Below are positions 58,207-64,000 of a stretch of 64,000 nucleotides of DNA, piece by piece. Both the position numbers and the translations under genes were made by a program. How positions within the stretch are numbered: position 1 is the stretch's first letter; each line of letters opens with the position of its first letter. Under the pieces are notes generated by a model. The model did no database searches, was not told the DNA's origin, and saw only the letters and a program-made list of their open reading frames with translations. Source of the stretch: Bdellovibrionales bacterium (GTDB lineage Bacteria > Bdellovibrionota > Bdellovibrionia > Bdellovibrionales > UBA1609). The stretch is taken from contig OZ242172.1 in NCBI GenBank assembly GCA_965205645.1, positions 896,122 through 960,121 on the forward strand, read 5' to 3'.

Positions 58207-58594
58207 TTTTATTCCCTTTAAAAAAGTAAGATTATTTATCTTAGTAGATAGTGCAGTACATACTATATTTTCCTAAGAGAAATAAAAATCATATTTTAAT
58301 AGATAAATTGCAGAAATATGTATAAAAAATATACTCAATGAAAAATTTTCACTCTTGATTAAAATCTATATAACAAGCTGAATAGCTATTTTTATCTACT
58401 ACAATAGCTGGTTGCATTTAAATAGGTTGATTATTTTACTGAATGAAAATCATCTAAGGCTTTATAGAGTAAATCATCTGTTACAGATTCATACACAGCT
58501 ATAGTTATTTTTATTCCTATATAGAAAATGTGCCGATTTTTAATGTTGCACTAATATTTTGATAAATTTTTTATAGCATATTTATAATAACTAT

Positions 58595-59539
58595 TTAATT
58601 TATCGGTGTGGGTTGGCTAGGTGAATCATTTAACTGTTGTGTTTCATTGAGTTCCTGTATTACTTCTTTTATGATTGGAATTATTTGATATACATCATAG
58701 AGGACTAAGCCTATTTCCGTTCCAATATAACAAAATGCACCAATCTTGACTGCTTTTTTTGCCATTTGGCGATCTATCTTGTCAGCACCGGGCAGTCGTT
58801 TTGTTAAAGTGTCAGTGACAGAAAAACGACTGGATTGAAAAGTATGGTACATGTTACGTATTTTATCTTTCACTTTCTCTGGTATTTTTTTTATTACATA
58901 TCCACCGACTACTCCACCAATAATAGCTGTGTCCATTATGTTATCATCAGTTGTATTTTCGGTTGCACGAATGGCATAGGCGCTACTGGCACCTATAAAG
59001 CAAGCAGCAGCACCGGCTGCGAGATTTTTTTTTAACTTTACTTTGTGGATATATGATTCATTACCATTAATTACTACATTTTTTTTTGCTACTTTTTTAA
59101 GCTGACTTAAATATTTACCAGTGCAAGGAGGTAGATCAGATTCATTTGCTACAGAAGCGGGTCTTCTTTGTGATCGAATGATTTTTTGATAGACCATTTT
59201 TTGTGTAATTGGTTTCGCAAAATTCGGTACCAGATCAGGGTGTTCCATAAAATCTACGCGGCAAATTACATCTCCATTTTTATCTAGTACTACTGCCGAT
59301 CGCGCTTCAATAGGTGTTTTAACAGGCGGATGGTTATTTGGATTACTTTTCTGTATCGTATTTTTTAATTCTTTTAAGTCTTCGTCTAGGCGTCCCACTA
59401 AACAGGTTGAGCAATACCCTCCAAAGCCTGCTGACTGTGGCTTTCGCTGTATTTTTTGTGCAGAAAACATCTGACAGCTTATTAGTACAGGCAATAGCAA
59501 TAATAGATATGTAAGGCACAATAATCTTTTTATTTTCAT
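58595..59539 (-). CDS. VPNFA-IHK paralog family member P6, long form (lipoprotein)
   Basis: 314 aa. Lipobox LISC, leader KPQSAGFGGYCSTCLVGRLDEDLKELKNTIQKSNP, the core, AIIGGVVGGYVI, and the tail GAFCYIGTEI followed by an extra C-terminal segment. Confidence 0.8.
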   Translation of the reverse strand: MKIKRLLCLTYLLLLLPVLISCQMFSAQKIQRKPQSAGFGGYCSTCLVGRLDEDLKELKNTIQKSNPNNHPPVKTPIEARSAVVLDKNGDVICRVDFMEHPDLVPNFAKPITQKMVYQKIIRSQRRPASVANESDLPPCTGKYLSQLKKVAKKNVVINGNESYIHKVKLKKNLAAGAAACFIGASSAYAIRATENTTDDNIMDTAIIGGVVGGYVIKKIPEKVKDKIRNMYHTFQSSRFSVTDTLTKRLPGADKIDRQMAKKAVKIGAFCYIGTEIGLVLYDVYQIIPIIKEVIQELNETQQLNDSPSQPTPIN

Positions 59540-60027
59540 ATTTTTTCTTTTTAGCCTTTTAAAAAGGTTATTTAATTAATTATTTCGGTTTTTACGAATG
59601 TAGAGTTAAAAAATATAATATATATATAAAAATCAAAGTACAATGTGCTCTTAATCTATAAAATTCGACTGCTTTTTAAACAAAAAGGAGTTGGTAATAG
59701 TAAAGATAGATATATCATCAAAAATGTTTTTATTTCTATGTTCTAATTTCTTAAAATTTTATCGTTTTACTTAACTACTTTTTAATATTTAATTAGATTT
59801 TGTTTTTAAAGAACTTAATCTTAGAAAATAAAAATAGTATTTATTTTACTAAAGTTCAATTAAAGGCTTTTGGAACAAACCGGATTAGTGAATAGGGAAA
59901 ATAATAGTGATTGATTATATATATTTTTATAGCATATCAGAAAAAGTTGACTCAGTGCAGTGGTTTATTTATATAGCATTCATATTAAGTTTATCCAACA
60001 GTATAGATACTTTGTGTAAGCGCTTAT

Positions 60028-60717
60028 TTGCCAAGTATGATTTGTAGGATCATAGTAATGATGTGGATGCAACTGAGAATAATTAATTTATTGCTGTGTT
60101 TGGTAGTAGGGCATGTGGCAGTCGCTCGGATAATGACTAGTCAATTACCTCAAGATTTTACACCACGGGCAATTATTATGACTGATGATGTATTATTATC
60201 AGAAGTTCAGAAATATGAACAAGTTTTTAATAATGAATATGTTTTACAAGATAAGGACATTCGTGAAATAGAATCACTCATATTTAATTCACAGGATTTA
60301 CAAATTAGTGACATAGATATGGAGAAATGGCAGCAACAGCGCTCCATTTGGAGGCAGCAGATGTTATCTTCTTTAGAAAGACCATCTTATGTTCATTTAA
60401 CGCATTGGCTGCAGCATTTGCGGTATCCTATAATTAATTGTTTATTAGCTGCTTCTGCAGCAATGACACCACGGGTGTTTCTTAATGAAGAACACAGCTC
60501 GTATGTTAGAATACTTGCTTGGTTAGTAGTGTTTGATGTGCTTATTCGCCCTCGTGTGAAAATAATAAAGCAATTAAAAAATGGGGAAATGAATTTAGAT
60601 GATTCAATACTTAGTAATAAAAATACTTTTAAAAGTATGTCGTCAATATTAGCGGGTACTTGTTTTATAACTATGGAAGGATTAATTTTAATATTTGTAG
60701 AGTCGGATCAAACATAA
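60028..60717 (+). CDS. hypothetical membrane protein, possible very divergent relative of the paralog family
   Basis: 229-aa ORF with a TTG start; an internal ATG is possible. It has an N-terminal hydrophobic segment. CLLAASAAM and the C-terminal LAGTCFITMEGLILIFVE resemble AACALGASG and AATCYFITDVGRVLYIEY of P7. Confidence 0.4.
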   Translation: MPSMICRIIVMMWMQLRIINLLLCLVVGHVAVARIMTSQLPQDFTPRAIIMTDDVLLSEVQKYEQVFNNEYVLQDKDIREIESLIFNSQDLQISDIDMEKWQQQRSIWRQQMLSSLERPSYVHLTHWLQHLRYPIINCLLAASAAMTPRVFLNEEHSSYVRILAWLVVFDVLIRPRVKIIKQLKNGEMNLDDSILSNKNTFKSMSSILAGTCFITMEGLILIFVESDQT

Positions 60718-60865
60718 TGTTTAAAAAAATAGTCACTGATTAGTTATTATTTTACAAAATGTTCAAATGACATCTACTTGGGGTTTCTTATTAAAATCTA
60801 AGTAAGTGAGTTATTTATTTTTTCGAAGTGATGATCATTAAGTTAGATTAAAAAATCTACTTTAG

Positions 60866-61690
60866 TTACCATGAATTGTATTCAATATAGAGAACTCTAC
60901 CTACATCTGTTATAAAATAACAAGTAGCTGCTGAAGCTACTGCTGTCCAACTTGATAAATGTTTACGTAAGTTAGCTAATTTCGTCATTATTTCTTTTTT
61001 TTCAGAACTGGAAATAGCACTATTGTTGAGATCTTTTATTAGGTCTTTAATAAGCGCATGTATGCCTATTGATATTCCAATACCTCCTCCTATGGGCATA
61101 GTTGCAGCCATGCCTCCTGGTGTCAGAAGAGGAAGTTCAGTTATAGGAGCAGGAGGAGGTAGGGGATACGTTTTACCATTTTGATCTGTTATAAAATTTT
61201 CTCTTTTATAAGGTTCCGGCCAGAGATAATTTTGAATGTAATAACCACTTGCACCTAAAGCGCAAGCCGCCAAGCCAATCACTACATTTTTTTTCAAATT
61301 TGTTTTATAAATATGCGATAAATCATCATTCACAATAATATTATCTGTTGCTATTTTTTTTAGCTGATTTAAATATTTATTTGTACAAGAGGGTAGATCT
61401 AATTCCTCCGTTATGGGGATCGATTCTCTTTGTAGTTGATTTGTTTGATCGTCTATTTTTCTTGTACTAAGCTGTGCAAAATTTGGCACTAAATCCGGAT
61501 ATTCTGCTAAATCTATGCGACAAGCATGTTTCCCTTTTTCATCTAATACAATCGCAGAATTTACTGGAATAGTAGCTTCCGTAGATGAATATTGGTACGC
61601 TTTACTACTTGCTTGGTAATTTCGCCAGCCAGGGAGAATCAACAATAATGATAATAAATAAATGATTTGTGATAATTGTCGTGTTTGCAT
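60866..61690 (-). CDS. VPNFA-IHK paralog family member P7, short form
   Basis: 274 aa. LPGWRNYQ, VNSAIVLDEKGKHACRIDLAEYPDLVPNFAQ, DLPSC..YLNQLKKIA, LAACALGASG, a Pro-rich then Gly-rich (PIGGGIGISIG) variable part, and the tail ATCYFITDVG. Confidence 0.8.
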   Translation of the reverse strand: MQTRQLSQIIYLLSLLLILPGWRNYQASSKAYQYSSTEATIPVNSAIVLDEKGKHACRIDLAEYPDLVPNFAQLSTRKIDDQTNQLQRESIPITEELDLPSCTNKYLNQLKKIATDNIIVNDDLSHIYKTNLKKNVVIGLAACALGASGYYIQNYLWPEPYKRENFITDQNGKTYPLPPPAPITELPLLTPGGMAATMPIGGGIGISIGIHALIKDLIKDLNNSAISSSEKKEIMTKLANLRKHLSSWTAVASAATCYFITDVGRVLYIEYNSW

Positions 61691-61885
61691 TTTTAACTTC
61701 TAGTATTTTAATTTGATATTTTTATAATTAAAATTATAAGAAAATACAAAGAAATGACACTAAAAAATTTTTAGTGTAATTATTTCAATATTAGTTAATG
61801 AGTGAATTAATTTTATAAGATTTTTAGGATATTGAGTTTTTAGAATATTTTATAAATTATGAATTTATTATCTAAATGTGACTTT

Positions 61886-63169
61886 TTATTTGCCATTCAG
61901 CTCTTTTTCTATGACAGACCAAACTTGCTCTAGTTCCTGATTGCTGATGCAATAAGGAGGCAAAATGTATATAATATTTCCTATAGGTCTTAAAAAAACG
62001 CCTCTTTTCAATGCTTTAGCAGTAAAAGTTTCAGCAAATTGTGAAGTATATCCTTGATTTTTTGTGGCTGAGTTAGTACGAAATTCTAGAGCGGCAATCG
62101 TGCCACAGACACGTGCGTCTTTGCAGTTTTTATGATCTTTCAACTGCTTAATTTTTTTCTGATGAAAAGTGTTAATTCTTTTCCATTCTTTCTTTAGGTT
62201 TCTTTTTTTCATTGTTTGAATATTAGCCGTGGCAGCTGCACAAGATATCGGGTTACCTGTAAAACTATGTCCATGAAAGAAAAGATGCTGTTTCTTTTTA
62301 GAAAGAAAACTATTATAGATTTCTGGACTGGCAACAGTTAGAGCTAATGGTAAAAATCCTCCGGTTAATCCTTTGGATAGGCACAAAAGATCTGGTGTGA
62401 CGCCTAACTTTTGAAAGGCAAAATAATCGCCTGTGCGACCAAAACCTGTCATGACTTCATCAAAAATGAGATAGAGGCCATATTTTTTTGTTAAATAACA
62501 AATTTCCCGTACCACTTCCTCTGGCCACATAATCATACCTCCCACTCCCTGTACTAAAGGTTCTATGATCACTCCAGCCGCTCGGTGGTGATATTGTTTT
62601 AATTTTTTTTCAAAATCAGCCAGATACGCAGAAGGAGGATCACTAGATCGAATGCCTTGCTTTGCTCGCACGACTGGAAAAAGTAACTTTTGATAAGGAG
62701 CTGTAAATAGGCTTTGTCCACTGACACTCATGGCGCCCACCGTGTCTCCATGATAAGAATGTGTGAAAGAAATAAAAATATTTCTTTCGGCTTTTTTTTT
62801 CTGTTTCTGTTTCCAACTTTGTACGGCCATTTTTAAGGCGGATTCCACTGCTGTAGAACCATCATCAGAAAAGAATAAATAGGGTAAATCAGATGGCAAC
62901 AAAGAGCTTAATTCCTTTGCTAAGGATTCAGCAGGTGAATGAGAAAAATTGGCAAATAATATTTGATCCATTTGCTGGGCTTGCTTTCGAACGGCTTGCA
63001 CAATAGCTGGCTCGCAGTGCCCGAGAGTGATAACCCACCAAGACGAAATAGCGTCAATGACAGAGGATTTGTTTTTTAGATAAATGCGGCTGCCACGAGC
63101 AGACACCGCTTGTGGTAAAGTGGAAATATTTTTCATTTGTGTAAAAGGACGCCAGATGTGTGTTTTCAT
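61886..63169 (-). CDS. bioA: adenosylmethionine-8-amino-7-oxononanoate aminotransferase
   Basis: IWRPFTQM...DAISSWWVITLGH..P.I..A, DEVMTGFGRTG, and class-III aminotransferase layout. 427 aa. Confidence 0.85.
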   Translation of the reverse strand: MKTHIWRPFTQMKNISTLPQAVSARGSRIYLKNKSSVIDAISSWWVITLGHCEPAIVQAVRKQAQQMDQILFANFSHSPAESLAKELSSLLPSDLPYLFFSDDGSTAVESALKMAVQSWKQKQKKKAERNIFISFTHSYHGDTVGAMSVSGQSLFTAPYQKLLFPVVRAKQGIRSSDPPSAYLADFEKKLKQYHHRAAGVIIEPLVQGVGGMIMWPEEVVREICYLTKKYGLYLIFDEVMTGFGRTGDYFAFQKLGVTPDLLCLSKGLTGGFLPLALTVASPEIYNSFLSKKKQHLFFHGHSFTGNPISCAAATANIQTMKKRNLKKEWKRINTFHQKKIKQLKDHKNCKDARVCGTIAALEFRTNSATKNQGYTSQFAETFTAKALKRGVFLRPIGNIIYILPPYCISNQELEQVWSVIEKELNGK

Positions 63170-63345
63170 TGATTAAGTTCATATAATAAAATAGATATGA
63201 AGACAAAATAAGAAGTTGATTTTTAAAAAATAATACTTTTAGTTTTCATGTACATAAAAAATTAGCTAAATAGATTTTTTTATTGACTTAAGTCATTAAT
63301 AAAATGTGTATGAATGTAAAATAAGCACAAACTTTTAGGATCAAA

Positions 63346-64000
63346 ATGCCTGGTTTAAAAAATAATAATTTTAGTATAAACGCTTCTCGTGGATCCAAAG
63401 CTAATTTTCATCGAAAATTAAATATTGGCATTAATGGTTTTGGCCGGATCGGCCGGCAGGTTTTGCGCATGAATAAAGACTTAAATATCGTGGTTGTTAA
63501 TAGCCCAGCAAATGTGCACACCGCTGCACATCTTTTTAAATATGATAGTGTTCACGGAGTATACCCTGGTAAAGTATCAGTAGATAAAAAGAGTATTAAT
63601 TTTAATCATGAAAAAATACATTATATATCTTATGCGCAGCCTCAGGATATTCCATGGAGTCAATGGGATGTGGATGTGGTGTTGGAATGTTCAGGACTGT
63701 TTACACAAAAAAAAGACTTAGAAGGGCACTTTAAAGGTGGAGCTAAACGAGTTGTGCTGGCTTATCCTGCAGCAGCAGCAGATGTGACTATCATTCAGGG
63801 TGTGAATCACCAGCAGTTTCAAAAAAAACATCGGATGATTAGTTTAGGTTCCTGTACAACTAATTGCTTGGCACCAATGGTTAAAGTGTTAAAGGATCAT
63901 TTTCACATAGAGGAACTATTCTTTACGACAACACATGCTTATACTTTAGATCAAAAATTACTGGATTCGACACATAAGAAAGATTTACGAAGAGCGCGCG
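63346..64000 (+). CDS. gap: glyceraldehyde-3-phosphate dehydrogenase family protein (partial; 3' end lies outside the window)
   Basis: INGFGRIGR and the catalytic SCTTNCLAP are present. A ~24-aa N-terminal extension precedes the Rossmann motif. The frame stays open to the window end. Confidence 0.85.
   Translation, partial: MPGLKNNNFSINASRGSKANFHRKLNIGINGFGRIGRQVLRMNKDLNIVVVNSPANVHTAAHLFKYDSVHGVYPGKVSVDKKSINFNHEKIHYISYAQPQDIPWSQWDVDVVLECSGLFTQKKDLEGHFKGGAKRVVLAYPAAAADVTIIQGVNHQQFQKKHRMISLGSCTTNCLAPMVKVLKDHFHIEELFFTTTHAYTLDQKLLDSTHKKDLRRAR

Overview
AT-rich chromosome segment from a diderm (Gram-negative-type) bacterium; I cannot name the taxon from sequence alone. The backbone is the conserved translation/transcription superoperon. 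It runs tRNA-Gly, tRNA-Thr, tuf, tRNA-Trp, secE, nusG, rplKAJL and rpoBC (8.9-22.3 kb), then rpsJ through secY (34.7-45.8 kb). Housekeeping genes xth, lysC, lysA, sohB-like, ampD-like, dnaK, glyA, rpiB, pyrC, bioA and gap are also present. The backbone is unusual in four ways. About 12 kb of unrelated genes separate rpoC from rpsJ, with no rpsL-rpsG-fusA. rplX and rpsN are absent from their canonical slots. Several ribosomal proteins carry long Lys-rich extensions. The secY leader is tandemly triplicated. Two signals stand out as candidates for undescribed biology. (1) A multi-copy family of secreted or lipoprotein paralogs (six clear members, one leader-sharing chimera, one divergent relative) sits in four loci. 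It shows long/short tandem pairing, near-identical tracts between neighbours that suggest gene conversion, and decayed fragments in the spacers. (2) A GC-rich modular repeat family occurs at eight or more loci. Copies are inserted in frame into xth (273 nt) and the ampD-like amidase (318 nt). One copy supplies the start codon of rpiB, others form intergenic arrays, and copies flank a Rpn/YhgA-like PD-(D/E)XK nuclease gene on both sides. The first 8.8 kb is an accessory region holding DUF2971, DUF2188, AlbA_2/Schlafen-like, EcsC and TPR genes, a frameshifted NYN gene and CpxP/Spy-like genes, with its own repeats.
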